Positions 46,721 through 55,437 are shown, counted from the stretch's first letter. The stretch is 64,000 bases of DNA from an uncultured Chloroflexia bacterium (GCA_963811145.1 CAWEQC010000004.1:79752-143751), one strand, 5' to 3'. Numbers and translations are program-made. Notes: generated from the letters alone by a model not told the origin.

Positions 46721-48700
46721 CTAGCGTGGGGTTCGGTATCGGGCCGGAGCTCGTTGCAGGCGGGGGCTGGAGCCACCAGCCAACAGCGCGAGGCAACTGA
46801 TGAGCACGGCTCCCACGATCCAGGGCACCACACCTGCGTTGAGCTGTGCCGGCATGGCGGTGTTGGGGATCGTCCCGGCTCCTGCCGCCGGGGCGGGCGC
46901 CGGAATCGTCGGCGCAACGTTCGTGACTGTCACGGTTACCGGCTCGCAGTCCGAGAGCGACCCGTCGCTGACGCAGACGTCAAAGGTGTAGATGCCGTCG
47001 GCCGCCGCGAGCCAGCTGAATACGCCGCCGTGGGGGTCGATTGTGGATCCGCTCGGCCCCCCGACCAGGCTGAAGGTCAGTGTGTCAGGAGGCAGGTCTC
47101 TGTCCGACGCGGTGGCAGTGAAACTCACCGTCGACCCCTCGGTGGCCACCTTCTGCCCGATCGCATCCAGAACCGGCGCGTCGTTTGCCATGCCCACGCT
47201 GACGGTGTAGGTCGCCACGTTGGAGTCGGTGGTGCCGTCGTTGGCGCTGAAGGTGAAACTGTCGGTGCCGTTGAAGTCGGGGTCGGGATCGTACGTGAAG
47301 GACCCGTCCGGGTTGAGCAGCAGGCTGCCGTTCGACGGGCCGGCCACCTCGGCGTAGGTCAGGCTGTCGCCGTCGGCATCGGTGCAGGCCAGGCTGTCGG
47401 CGAGCTGGACGTCCTCGGCGGTTGAGCCCGCGTCATCGGCGCAGACCGGCGCAGCGGGCTGCACGAGCTGGGTGACCGAACCGCTGCTCGGCTGGAATCC
47501 CGCCGCACCGCTATAAGTGGCGGTGATGGTGTGGGAGCCCGCGGCGAGCGCGGATGTCGAAAGGGTTCCCAGGCCGGAGGAGTCGAGGGCGACCGTCGCC
47601 AAGGGAGTCGCCCCTTCAGAGAAGGCGACGGTCCCCGTGGTCACGGGGCTGCCGCCACTGATCACCGTGGCCGTAAAGGTGACCACCTGGCCGGCCGTCG
47701 AGGGATTGGGCGAGGAGGTCAGCGCCGTCGTCGTTGCCGCCCGCTGCACGACCTGAGTGACCGAACCGCTGCTCGTCTGGAATGCCGCTGTGCCGTTGTA
47801 CGTGGCGGTGATGGTGTGGGAGCCTGCAGTGAGGGTCGACGTCGTGAAGGTCGTCTGTCCGGAGGCGTTGACTGCCACGTTCGCCACCAGGGTGGTCGGT
47901 CCTTCGGTGAAGGTGACGGTGCCGGTCGTTACCGGGACGGCGCCGCTGGTCACGGTGGCCGTAAAGGTGACCGCCTGGCCGACCGTCGAGGGGTTGACCG
48001 ATGAGGTCAGTGCCGTCGACGTCGGTTCCGCCACCGCCGAGGTGGTGATCGTCACGCTCCACCCGCCGTCGATCGATCCGGCGTCACCTATTTCGTCGTC
48101 GACGACGTACAGGCTCCACGTGCCGTTCGGGTTGGTGCCGGTGAACGTGCCGAGAGTCGTCGCTGACGATGGCGCCGGGGCCGGGCTCGGGAATGAGTCG
48201 GCCGCGGCGCCAGGATCGTTGTCAGTTGGCCGGTAGCTCACCGTCCCGCTGATAGGGCCCGACTGGGGGACGCCGGTCGGGGCGGAGTCATCGAACGTGA
48301 CGGTGGCGTTGCTGGCGAATACAAGGTTGGCGCTAAGGTCGCCAGGGTCAGAGAGCAGGACGAGGTTGGCGCCGCTCGGCCCGACGAGCAACAGGTCGAC
48401 GTCGTTGGCGGTGCTGTGGGTGAAGCCATTGAGCCGCACATCGACGTCGCTGACGGGCCCGGTCATGCCCGACACCGTGATCGTCGACGGATATGGCGTG
48501 GCCGGGGTCGGCGGCGGCGGCGTGTTCGTGGTGATGGTGATGGGCGCGCTGTTGGTGAAGGTCGCCGGGCCATCGGCGGCCACCGGTGTGGCGAACAGCA
48601 GGCCGGTCGCCCCGATTGCGAACGCTGCGAGCGCAGCGCCCGTCATCCCGCGCCCCACGCGAGACGGACGAGACCTCGGGGACAACCCAGTCAGCACCAT
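46721..48700 (-). CDS. Secreted multi-domain adhesin-like protein (P-domain, 2 bacterial Ig-like repeats, VCBS/cadherin-like domains, C-terminal TM anchor)
   Basis: ATG at 48700 preceded by AAGAGAGG. Signal peptide ...AALAAFAIGATGLLFATPVAADG. The proprotein-convertase P-like domain is VDVRLNGFTHSTANDVDLLLVGPSGA...NGTWSLYVVDDEIGDAGSIDGGWSVTI. Two 95-aa Ig repeats contain ...TFTATV.SG..PVTTGTV.F.EG...AGSHTITATY. Then DADGDSLTY...NPDGSFTYDPDPDFNGTDSFTF and the C-terminal helix VVPWIVGAVLISCLALLAGG. Confidence 0.85.
   Translation of the reverse strand: MVLTGLSPRSRPSRVGRGMTGAALAAFAIGATGLLFATPVAADGPATFTNSAPITITTNTPPPPTPATPYPSTITVSGMTGPVSDVDVRLNGFTHSTANDVDLLLVGPSGANLVLLSDPGDLSANLVFASNATVTFDDSAPTGVPQSGPISGTVSYRPTDNDPGAAADSFPSPAPAPSSATTLGTFTGTNPNGTWSLYVVDDEIGDAGSIDGGWSVTITTSAVAEPTSTALTSSVNPSTVGQAVTFTATVTSGAVPVTTGTVTFTEGPTTLVANVAVNASGQTTFTTSTLTAGSHTITATYNGTAAFQTSSGSVTQVVQRAATTTALTSSPNPSTAGQVVTFTATVISGGSPVTTGTVAFSEGATPLATVALDSSGLGTLSTSALAAGSHTITATYSGAAGFQPSSGSVTQLVQPAAPVCADDAGSTAEDVQLADSLACTDADGDSLTYAEVAGPSNGSLLLNPDGSFTYDPDPDFNGTDSFTFSANDGTTDSNVATYTVSVGMANDAPVLDAIGQKVATEGSTVSFTATASDRDLPPDTLTFSLVGGPSGSTIDPHGGVFSWLAAADGIYTFDVCVSDGSLSDCEPVTVTVTNVAPTIPAPAPAAGAGTIPNTAMPAQLNAGVVPWIVGAVLISCLALLAGGSSPRLQRAPARYRTPR
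47472..48041. repeat. 285-nt tandem duplication inside the adhesin gene (two Ig-like repeats)
   Basis: gtgaccgaaccgctgctcg occurs at 47472 and again at 47757. The flanking DNA remains alignable across the 285-nt period. Confidence 0.7.
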
Positions 48701-48830
48701 CCGACCTCTCTTACTCGCGGGCAGCCTGGGTATGTCAGCGCGACTTCGCACAATACTGGCGATCCATCATCGTGTCCAAGCCCCACGTTCACCTGAGATC
48801 GCGGCTGAGCCACGTCAGACGCTTCGCCCG

Positions 48831-48850
48831 GAATCCGGTATGCGGTACCA
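48831..48850 (+). repeat. Direct repeat, right copy (partial tRNA-Glu 3' end; attR-like)
   Basis: Exact 20-nt copy of 46629-46648, including the CCA. The preceding bases (cccg) differ from the tRNA (gttc), so it is not a second tRNA. Confidence 0.8.
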
Positions 48851-48863
48851 CTGCGCGCCTGGC

Positions 48864-49064
48864 TCAGACCTCAGCCTGATCCTGGAAGATCTCCTCGATC
48901 GATAGTCCGAACAGCCGCGCCAGCCTGAACGCCAACGGCAGGCTCGGGTCGTACTTGCCGGTCTCGATGGCGTTGACGGTCTGCCGCGAGACCTCCAGCG
49001 CCTCCGCCAGATCGGCCTGGGTCCAGTCGCGCTCGGCGCGCAGCACCTTGAGCCGGTTCTTCAT
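48864..49064 (-). CDS. XRE-family HTH transcriptional regulator (66 aa)
   Basis: MKNRLKVLRAERDWTQADLAEALEVSRQTVNAIETGKYDPSLPLAFRLARLFGLSIEEIF. The ATG overlaps the upstream stop (ATGA). Confidence 0.85.
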   Translation of the reverse strand: MKNRLKVLRAERDWTQADLAEALEVSRQTVNAIETGKYDPSLPLAFRLARLFGLSIEEIFQDQAEV

Positions 49065-49482
49065 CGGTACCGCAGCACGCCGGCGATGCTTCCGGCCAGG
49101 TAGACCAACCCCATGAACGCCACCAGGTGGGCGATCTCGGCCTCGAAGCCGACCAGGTCGTGCCGGGCGAACAGCGTCCAGGCCACGCCGCCGACAAGTC
49201 CGGCCCCGAGCGACCATGCCATCGCCTGGAGCTGGATCGTGCGCTGCAGCTCGTCCAGCGCCTGAAGGTTGCGCTTGTTGGCGAACAGCATGCCGACACC
49301 GACCAGCACGGTGAGGGCGATCGCCAACAGCGTCGGCGCGGGCTGGTGGTTCCACAGGATCCCGGCCCGAAGGCGGCGAGGGCCACGCTCGCGACCCAGG
49401 CCGCGGTCCAGGCGGCCAGGCCCAGGGTGTTGCGGGTCATCCGCGTCGCCCAGGCGCCCGTGTCGTGAGGGTGTGTGGACAT
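49061..49482 (-). pseudogene. Small 4-TM membrane protein partnered with the XRE regulator; one frameshift
   Basis: ATG at 49482 preceded by AAGGAG. MSTHPHDTGAWATRMTRNTLGLAAWTAAWVASVALAAFGPG, then a frame change near 49350 into ...LAIALTVLVGVGMLFANKRNLQALDELQ...VAFMGLVYLAGSIAGVLRYR. Confidence 0.6.
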
Positions 49483-49548
49483 GTGTCTATGCTCCTTGTC
49501 ATTGTGTAAAGGTAACGCGACACCATCCTGCCACCTTGCGCCACCACG

Positions 49549-49568
49549 GTGTCAAGGTTCATTGACAC
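49549..49568. promoter_or_regulatory. Inverted repeat GTGTCAA-N6-TTGACAC overlapping a TTGACA box upstream of the membrane-XRE operon
   Basis: gtgtcaaggttcattgacac, with perfect 7-bp arms, lies about 70 nt upstream (minus strand) of the ATG at 49482. Confidence 0.3.
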
Positions 49569-49589
49569 AGGAGCGGCTGACTTCAAACA

Positions 49590-50210
49590 GTTGCGGACCG
49601 GCGGGAACCGGTCGTCGAACTGGTATTCGACCTGGTCACCTGGCAGATGCGTACGCTCGGTCTGTAGACGGAACCTGGGCATGCGATCGGAAGCCCGCTC
49701 GCGGCAATGCGTGCGACCTGCAGCTCGTGGGGAGTCAGGTCATCCACTGACCTCGGGCTGCGGGGCGCGGCCCAGTTCTCCCGTAGGACCCAGCTCCTGG
49801 CGCGCGCGATCGGCCATCCAAGGGCCACCAGTGGCATCTCGCGACTCGGTGCCGGCAGAGCCAGGCACCATAGGCCAGGAGGAGGCGAGCCGTCGGGAGG
49901 GGCGGGCGTTCGAGGTCGTGCGCCAACGCCGCCGAGAGGCGCGGCTCGGCCGCCGCGTTGTCGCCGCCGTGGGCCGCCACAACGGCATGGGCGTAGGCCA
50001 AGCTGATCTGCTGCAAGGGGCCGGCGGCGAGTCCGGCGCCCTTGTCCACGTGATCCACGTAGCCAGCCGCCTCGCGGCCACGTCCGGCCTGTATTGCCGC
50101 GTCGATGTGCGTGCCACGGCCACGCCAGCGCCACAGCCCCGAGCTGCCTCGCGCGGGCGTGGCCGCGGTGACGTCCCCAGAGGAGACGTTCAAGATGGGT
50201 GAGCCGCCGG
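49590..50210 (-). pseudogene. C-terminal remnant of a large LuxR-family (LAL/MalT-like) regulator, N-terminally truncated and frameshifted
   Basis: Fragments lie in three frames: ...LAYAHAVVAAHGGDNAAAEPRLSAALAHDLERPPLPTARLLLAYGAWL / PWMADRARQELGPTGE / DDLTPHELQVARIAASGL (start of the GerE HTH), then degenerate. There is no room for the ATPase domain before the next gene at 50313. Confidence 0.55.
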
Positions 50211-50312
50211 GGGGAGAAGCGGCTCGGCCATCTCTGGGAGGGTGGCGTGTCTGAGGCGTGGTGACAAGCCATTTGGCCAACGAAACTCGCGTCGGCGAAC
50301 CAACCAATTGCC

Positions 50313-52718
50313 TCAATCGGTTGCACTGACCCCCAACGACGCCGGTCGCCCGAGGAGGTAGCCCTGCCCGAACGTCACGCCCAGGCGGCGAAGCGTGCGG
50401 AGCTCGGCCCTGGTCTCGATCCCCTCGGCGATGAGGACACACCCCGTTTCTGCGGCGAAATGCACCATTCCGGCGATGAGTCCCTGCCGCGCGGGATCGC
50501 GCGGCACGCCACGCACCAGACCGATGTCGAGCTTCACGTACTTCGGTCGGAGCTCCACGATGTGGCGAAGCGACGAGAAACCGGCCCCCGCGTCGTCGAC
50601 GGCGACCTCGATGTCACTGCCGAGGGCCTTCACTGAGCGACGAAGGGCCTCGTAGTCGTCGACGGCGGCGTGCTCTGTGATCTCGAGCAGGATCTTGCGT
50701 CCTCCCCGCCGTCGGAGCGCACGTCGCAGCCGCCGGCGGTCGAGAACGAGCTTTGGGCTGACATTGATGCTGAGCCAGGGAAGGTGCGGGAGGTGCTGCC
50801 CGGCCTCGATGGCCCGGACCACGGCGGCCTCTTCGAGATCCAATCCCATTCCGACCGACTCCGCCTCGGCAAAGCGGCGATCGGGCGGCGTCCCGTCGGC
50901 GAACCGGGTAAGCGCCTCATAGCCGACCACCAGCCCGGAAGCGATCTCGACGATCGGTTGGGCCACCGTTGCAAAGGCGCCTGCGTCCAGGATGGCGGAA
51001 ATCTTCGACGCCCTGTCGCTCACGTGCCGCCGCTCGACCAGGCCCGGAACGAGGAGCGGCCCCGCGACAGCCGCATACTCAGCGACCAGCGAGCCGATCG
51101 CGCCGATGGCCTCCAAACCATCGGGCCGCGAGGACGCCACGACGAGGGCGCCGACGGCCTGACCATCGGCGACGAGCGACTCGACACGCATCGCCTTCAC
51201 GCCGGCCGCATCCCAGGCGCACGTCAATTCGTCATGAGTGTCGCGATGTTCAACGCGGCTCTCGAGGAATCGCCGGCGCGCCTGAGTCTGGCGGCGGATG
51301 TGAAGGCCGTCGCCGTCGATGAGGTCGCCGACCTGCTCCTCGGCCATCGATCCGGCTGATGCGATGCGTTCGACGCCGGTGCCATTCACGAAGCCAAGTA
51401 CGAGCACATGGTCGACGCCGGAGATCCCAACCAACTCGTCGACGAGCGCCTTCGCCGCCTCCTGGACGCTGCGCCCCGGCCGGAGCCGGGCGACCGAGTC
51501 GCTGATAGCGGCCCGCTCGCTGACATGGCGGTCAAGGGCTGCAGTGAGCAATCGCTCATGGGTGACGTCGTGGAACACGGCCACGAGATTGGCAACTGTG
51601 CTGTCGATCATGAGTGGCCAGACGGAAACGTCGAAGTCGTAGCTGCGGTCTTGACGCCAGTGCGCCGTGACTGAGCCGCTCCAGCGTTCGCCGCCAAGCG
51701 CGGCGCGCATTGCCGCCTCGAAAGGTTCGGCGAGGTCCCCGGGTGCGAGCTTCGAAGCGGGCATGCCCACGAGCTCCGCCCGCGAAGTCCCGGCCATTTC
51801 TGCGAATGCGTTGTTCGCATAGGTGATCGTTCCCGACGGATCCGCCATGGCGATGCCGTCTGTCGTCTGATCCATCGCCGAGGCCAGCATGCGACGTTCC
51901 GCGGACACCTGGTGCTGTTCGGTGATGTCGGCCATGTAGCCCACGATCTCGCGGGGGGACCCGTCGTGGTCGCGGACCACGCGGCTTTCGTCGCGCAGCC
52001 AGCGATAGGTACCATCCCCGCGCAGGAATCGGTATTCCTGGACTGCCCCACCGGTTTCAAGGATCAGGTCGAGCTCAGCGCGGACCCGATCCTGGTCGTC
52101 GGGATGGACCCGCTCCAGGAAGTTCGTTCCGCCGAGTTCATCGCGGGAGATGCCCAGGATGCGGTCGGTGTTGCCGCTCATGAACGTGCTCGGATAGCCC
52201 GCCTTCGGCAGGTCGCTGTAGATCACGGCCGGACCCGAGGCCAGGAGCAGCTCGAGGCGTTCGCGCGTCGCTCGCAGCTCGCTTTCCATCTGCGTGCGCT
52301 CGGTGATGTCGGAAGCAACTCCGATCCAGCCGACGACGCGCCGCCTCTCGCCTCGCAAAGGTACGGCCGTACAGAGGATGCGGATGACCGACCCGTCGGG
52401 ACGCACGATGTCCATCTCGGCGCGGCTCGGGTTGCCGGCCGCGATCTCGGTGAGCCGATGGGCGCGCAGTTCCGTATCCGGCGTCGGTAGGACCATGTCG
52501 AGGGGTTTGCCGATCGCCTCCTTCGCCGTCCGGCCGTAGGTCGTCTCCGCGCCGCGGTTCCAGTAGGTGACGCGCCCGTCCAGATCCACGACGATCACGG
52601 CGTGCTCGAGGATCGATAGGAGCGAAGCATCGATCAGCGGCTGGATGGGAGCCCTGGCGGCAACGGCACGCCGGGGCCTTCCGGACCCGATTGGGCTGCT
52701 GGGGGATCTGGTCGCCAT
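50313..52718 (-). CDS. Multi-PAS / GAF-like / EAL-domain protein (putative c-di-GMP phosphodiesterase, no GGDEF)
   Basis: 801 aa with three PAS modules (…DLDGRVTYWNRGAE…, …GYMADITE…, …ITYANNAFAEMAG…). The EAL domain contains YEALTRF, LLEITEH, AVDDAGAGFSSL, KLD and LIAEGIET. Confidence 0.9.
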   Translation of the reverse strand: MATRSPSSPIGSGRPRRAVAARAPIQPLIDASLLSILEHAVIVVDLDGRVTYWNRGAETTYGRTAKEAIGKPLDMVLPTPDTELRAHRLTEIAAGNPSRAEMDIVRPDGSVIRILCTAVPLRGERRRVVGWIGVASDITERTQMESELRATRERLELLLASGPAVIYSDLPKAGYPSTFMSGNTDRILGISRDELGGTNFLERVHPDDQDRVRAELDLILETGGAVQEYRFLRGDGTYRWLRDESRVVRDHDGSPREIVGYMADITEQHQVSAERRMLASAMDQTTDGIAMADPSGTITYANNAFAEMAGTSRAELVGMPASKLAPGDLAEPFEAAMRAALGGERWSGSVTAHWRQDRSYDFDVSVWPLMIDSTVANLVAVFHDVTHERLLTAALDRHVSERAAISDSVARLRPGRSVQEAAKALVDELVGISGVDHVLVLGFVNGTGVERIASAGSMAEEQVGDLIDGDGLHIRRQTQARRRFLESRVEHRDTHDELTCAWDAAGVKAMRVESLVADGQAVGALVVASSRPDGLEAIGAIGSLVAEYAAVAGPLLVPGLVERRHVSDRASKISAILDAGAFATVAQPIVEIASGLVVGYEALTRFADGTPPDRRFAEAESVGMGLDLEEAAVVRAIEAGQHLPHLPWLSINVSPKLVLDRRRLRRALRRRGGRKILLEITEHAAVDDYEALRRSVKALGSDIEVAVDDAGAGFSSLRHIVELRPKYVKLDIGLVRGVPRDPARQGLIAGMVHFAAETGCVLIAEGIETRAELRTLRRLGVTFGQGYLLGRPASLGVSATD

Positions 52719-52900
52719 TCAACGGGCTTTCCGAGGTTCCGGGGTTGCGGGCCGCGGGTGAATGCCTGGTCGACGACGCCGACCTGCCGGGTGATCGTGC
52801 GATCAACGCGACCTCGGCGCAAGATGATGCTTCGCTCTATTGCTCAGAATCCTGCAACAGAGTGTTGCCAAGAGGTGACACTGCCTCCTATCCTCCGGGC

Positions 52901-53218
52901 ATGACTTTCACCTCGGCCAAGCCCGCATCCGACATGCTCCCGACCATGCGCCGCCTGATCCATGCGGCGGCAGAGGAGCGACTCAACGCGATCCGGGAGA
53001 ACCTCGAGCTCGTCATGACAAGCACCGGGCACGACCCCGTCGCCATCCAGGCACTCACCGGCATCAGTGCCGGGACCGTCAGAAACTTCCTGAAGGGGAC
53101 CGACTCATCGCTGCGCAATGTCCTGGTCATGGCTCAGGCGCTCGGCGTCTCGCTCGCCGATGTCGAGCGGCCGCCAGACGAGTTTCGGCGGCTTCTGGCA
53201 GATCGGGGCATCGTCTAG
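52901..53218 (+). CDS. Small XRE-like HTH protein
   Basis: ATG at 52901. ...ALTGISAGTVRNFLKGTDSSLRNVLVMAQALGVSLADV resembles an HTH_3-type domain. The start is uncertain (later ATGs are possible). Confidence 0.55.
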   Translation: MTFTSAKPASDMLPTMRRLIHAAAEERLNAIRENLELVMTSTGHDPVAIQALTGISAGTVRNFLKGTDSSLRNVLVMAQALGVSLADVERPPDEFRRLLADRGIV

Positions 53219-53249
53219 ACTGCGCGGAGGCTGCACTCCTGAGGGGCGG

Positions 53250-54077
53250 ATGGATCCCGAGCGACATCTCACCGCCGATGAGCTGGCTCTGGCGCGCCGG
53301 CTCCGTGAGAGCTTGGCGGGCTTCCTTGACCTGCCGGCAGCGACCGGGGTCGTTCTGCCCGACACGCGGATCATCCTGGTCAACCGCGCACTCGAGCGGC
53401 TCACCGGACGTTCTCGCGAGGATCTCCTGGGCCGGAAGGCAGTCACCCTTCTGGAGCGCGAGGACAGCCAGCGCGCCAGCGCAGAGGTCGCCAGCCTGGA
53501 CCAGGAGGCCTCTCAACCGTATTCCGGGACGTTCACGGTAGTCCGCCCCGATGGGGAGCGAGTGCGGATCAGGACTACGACCATCGCGGTGCGGGACGAA
53601 AACGGAGTGCTGAGCTACATCGTGTCTCGGCTGCTGCGAGAGGCATCCATCGGTCGGTCATCGGACGAGGCCACGCCGCCGACAGACTCGCACGGCCGCG
53701 CCCTCTTGGACGAGGCGCTTGCGGGGCTCCCGGACTTCTGGGGAACCTCGACGCCGATGGCCATCGTTCGACCGGATGGGCGGTTCCTGGCGGTGAACCG
53801 CGCGTATGGCGATCTCGTCGGCTACCGGCCGGACGAGCTTGCCGGCGAGCCGGTGACAGCCCTCGCCATGCTCGACGCCCCGCACGACATTCCCCGGCGC
53901 CTCGACCAGCTGCTCGCCACAGGCTCGGTGCCGGCCGAGCCGGTCGGTCTCCGCCACCGATCGGGGAGCATGGTGACCGTGCAGGGAGCGTCGTTGCTCA
54001 TTCGAGATGGTCTCGGTCGGGAACGCTTCATCGTGGCGACGGCCGCTCGCGTCGGCGGCGCGCCGCTCACCGGCTAG
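53250..54077 (+). CDS. Tandem PAS-domain protein without output domain
   Basis: ATG at 53250. Two PAS-like units (VVLPDTRIILVNRALERLTGRSREDLLG...; MAIVRPDGRFLAVNRAYGDLVGYRPDELAG...). Confidence 0.75.
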   Translation: MDPERHLTADELALARRLRESLAGFLDLPAATGVVLPDTRIILVNRALERLTGRSREDLLGRKAVTLLEREDSQRASAEVASLDQEASQPYSGTFTVVRPDGERVRIRTTTIAVRDENGVLSYIVSRLLREASIGRSSDEATPPTDSHGRALLDEALAGLPDFWGTSTPMAIVRPDGRFLAVNRAYGDLVGYRPDELAGEPVTALAMLDAPHDIPRRLDQLLATGSVPAEPVGLRHRSGSMVTVQGASLLIRDGLGRERFIVATAARVGGAPLTG

Positions 54078-54318
54078 AGACGGCGCCCCTCTGCGACACG
54101 CATGCGTAGTAGGTCGAAAGGCGGCATCGCCGGCCAATCGATCGTGATGCCGTCGAGTGCTGCTTCCTGCAATGTTGACGCGGCGAGCCGGTATCGACTA
54201 GCGTCACCGGATTCGATCAAGTGGACGTAATCGAGTCCGCGGACCGCTCCCTTGGCCCAGGCCGTCGACGCGCCGCGTGCCGTTCGTTCCACCACCAGTG
54301 GAAGAGGAGAGGACGAAG

Positions 54319-55287
54319 ATGGCACCCAATCGTGTCTCCCGGATCGCGGCCCTGGCATTCGCCGGTACCCTGGTTCTCGCGGCGTGTACGTCGCCCGGAG
54401 CGTCGGGATCAGCCGAAGTGTCGGCGGGCGCCGGCGGTGGTGGCGACCTCACCATCGGGGTGACATTCCCGATCCTTGACCAGTTCCTGCAGACCGTCGC
54501 CGACGGTATGGAGGCCAAGGCCGCGGAGATCGGCGGGGTCACGCTCAACATCGTCGCGGCGGAGGAGCAGACCGACACCCAGCTGGGCCAGGTCGAGAAC
54601 TTCATCAGCCAGGGCGTCGACGCGATCATCGTGATCCCGGTGGACACGGACGCCGCCGGCCCGATGACGGCCGCAGCCGAGGAAGCGGGCATCCCGCTCG
54701 TCTATGTCAACCGCCGCCCGTCCGACCTGCCTGCCGGCGTCCCGTACGTCGGCTCCGACTCGCTCTACGCGGGCACAGTCGAGATGCAGGCACTTGCCGA
54801 GCTGGCCGGTGGCGAGGGCAACGTCGTCATCCTCATCGGCGACCCGGCCAACGAGGCGGCCGTCCTGCGGACCCAGGGCTGCAAGGATGTCGTGGCCGAG
54901 AACCCGGGCATGACGGTCACCAAGGAGCAGTCCGGCAACTGGTACCGCGAGGAAGGCCTCGCGATCATGGAGAACTGGATCCAGTCCGGTGATCCGATCG
55001 ACGTCGTGTGCGCCAACAACGACGAGATGGCCCTCGGTGCGATCGAGGCGCTGAAGAACGCCGACATGCTCGAGGACGTTCTTGTTGGTGGTGTCGATGC
55101 GACGGCCGATGCGCTGGCCGCCATGGAGGCGGGCGAGCTCGAAGTCACGGTCTTCCAGGATGCCGATGGGCAGGGCGGCGGCGGCGTCGAGGCTGCGGTC
55201 GCGCTGGCGAACGGCGAGACCGTCGAGGATCTCATCGACATCCCGTACCAGCTCGTGACGCCGGACAACATGGCCGACTTCCAGTAG
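54319..55287 (+). CDS. Sugar ABC transporter substrate-binding lipoprotein (ribose/inositol-type, periplasmic binding protein family 2)
   Basis: ATG at 54319 preceded by gaggagagga. Lipobox LVLAAC. ...VDAIIVIPVD...IPLVYVNR...VVCANNDEMALGA. Confidence 0.9.
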   Translation: MAPNRVSRIAALAFAGTLVLAACTSPGASGSAEVSAGAGGGGDLTIGVTFPILDQFLQTVADGMEAKAAEIGGVTLNIVAAEEQTDTQLGQVENFISQGVDAIIVIPVDTDAAGPMTAAAEEAGIPLVYVNRRPSDLPAGVPYVGSDSLYAGTVEMQALAELAGGEGNVVILIGDPANEAAVLRTQGCKDVVAENPGMTVTKEQSGNWYREEGLAIMENWIQSGDPIDVVCANNDEMALGAIEALKNADMLEDVLVGGVDATADALAAMEAGELEVTVFQDADGQGGGGVEAAVALANGETVEDLIDIPYQLVTPDNMADFQ

Positions 55288-55350
55288 CCGGCGGATTGGG
55301 GAGGGCGCCGGCTCCATGCCGGGCCCGAAAGGCCGGAGGCCGCGTCTGAT

Positions 55351-55377
55351 CTGGGGGCCCGCACGACGGGCCCCCAG
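55351..55377 (+). terminator. Strong GC hairpin between the binding-protein and ATPase genes (intra-operon attenuator/terminator)
   Basis: ctgggggcccg-cacga-cgggcccccag, a perfect 11-bp stem, followed by ttcg. The U-tract is weak. Confidence 0.5.
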
Positions 55378-55437
55378 TTCGCGCAGGTCGCCGCGCGCCG
55401 CTTGCAGTTCGTTCGTCGGTGCGGCGAGGCGTAGTTG

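Larger units (their letters stand above)
46649..48830. mobile_element. Integrase-less genomic islet inserted at tRNA-Glu (remnant), carrying a single adhesin-like gene
   Basis: Bounded by the intact tRNA 3' end and a perfect 20-bp partial tRNA copy in the same orientation. The cargo gene has visibly more A/T-ending codons than the surrounding genes. No recombinase is present. Confidence 0.45.

Noticed and set aside
54206-54217. caccggattcga, whose reverse complement tcgaatccggtg matches 11 nt of the tRNA-Glu T-arm. I considered it a possible outer att site or tRNA fragment.
   Set aside because: Its orientation is opposite to the tRNA. The match stops after 11 nt. The flanks cannot form a T-stem or acceptor stem. 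It is too short to separate from chance without a genome-wide search.
54074-54358. 94-aa minus-strand ORF between the PAS-PAS gene and the sugar-binding-protein gene.
   Set aside because: No family was recognised. It overlaps the well-supported start and SD of the binding-protein gene. Only its last ~55 codons look vaguely protein-like, and they have atypically low GC3. It may be a remnant of foreign DNA, but I cannot support it as a gene.
46649-54360. Search for an integrase, transposase, excisionase or toxin-antitoxin genes that would define an active mobile element.
   Set aside because: No ORF in any frame shows tyrosine/serine recombinase, DDE transposase or common toxin motifs. Only the att-like repeat and compositional hints remain, so the element is called a remnant at modest confidence.
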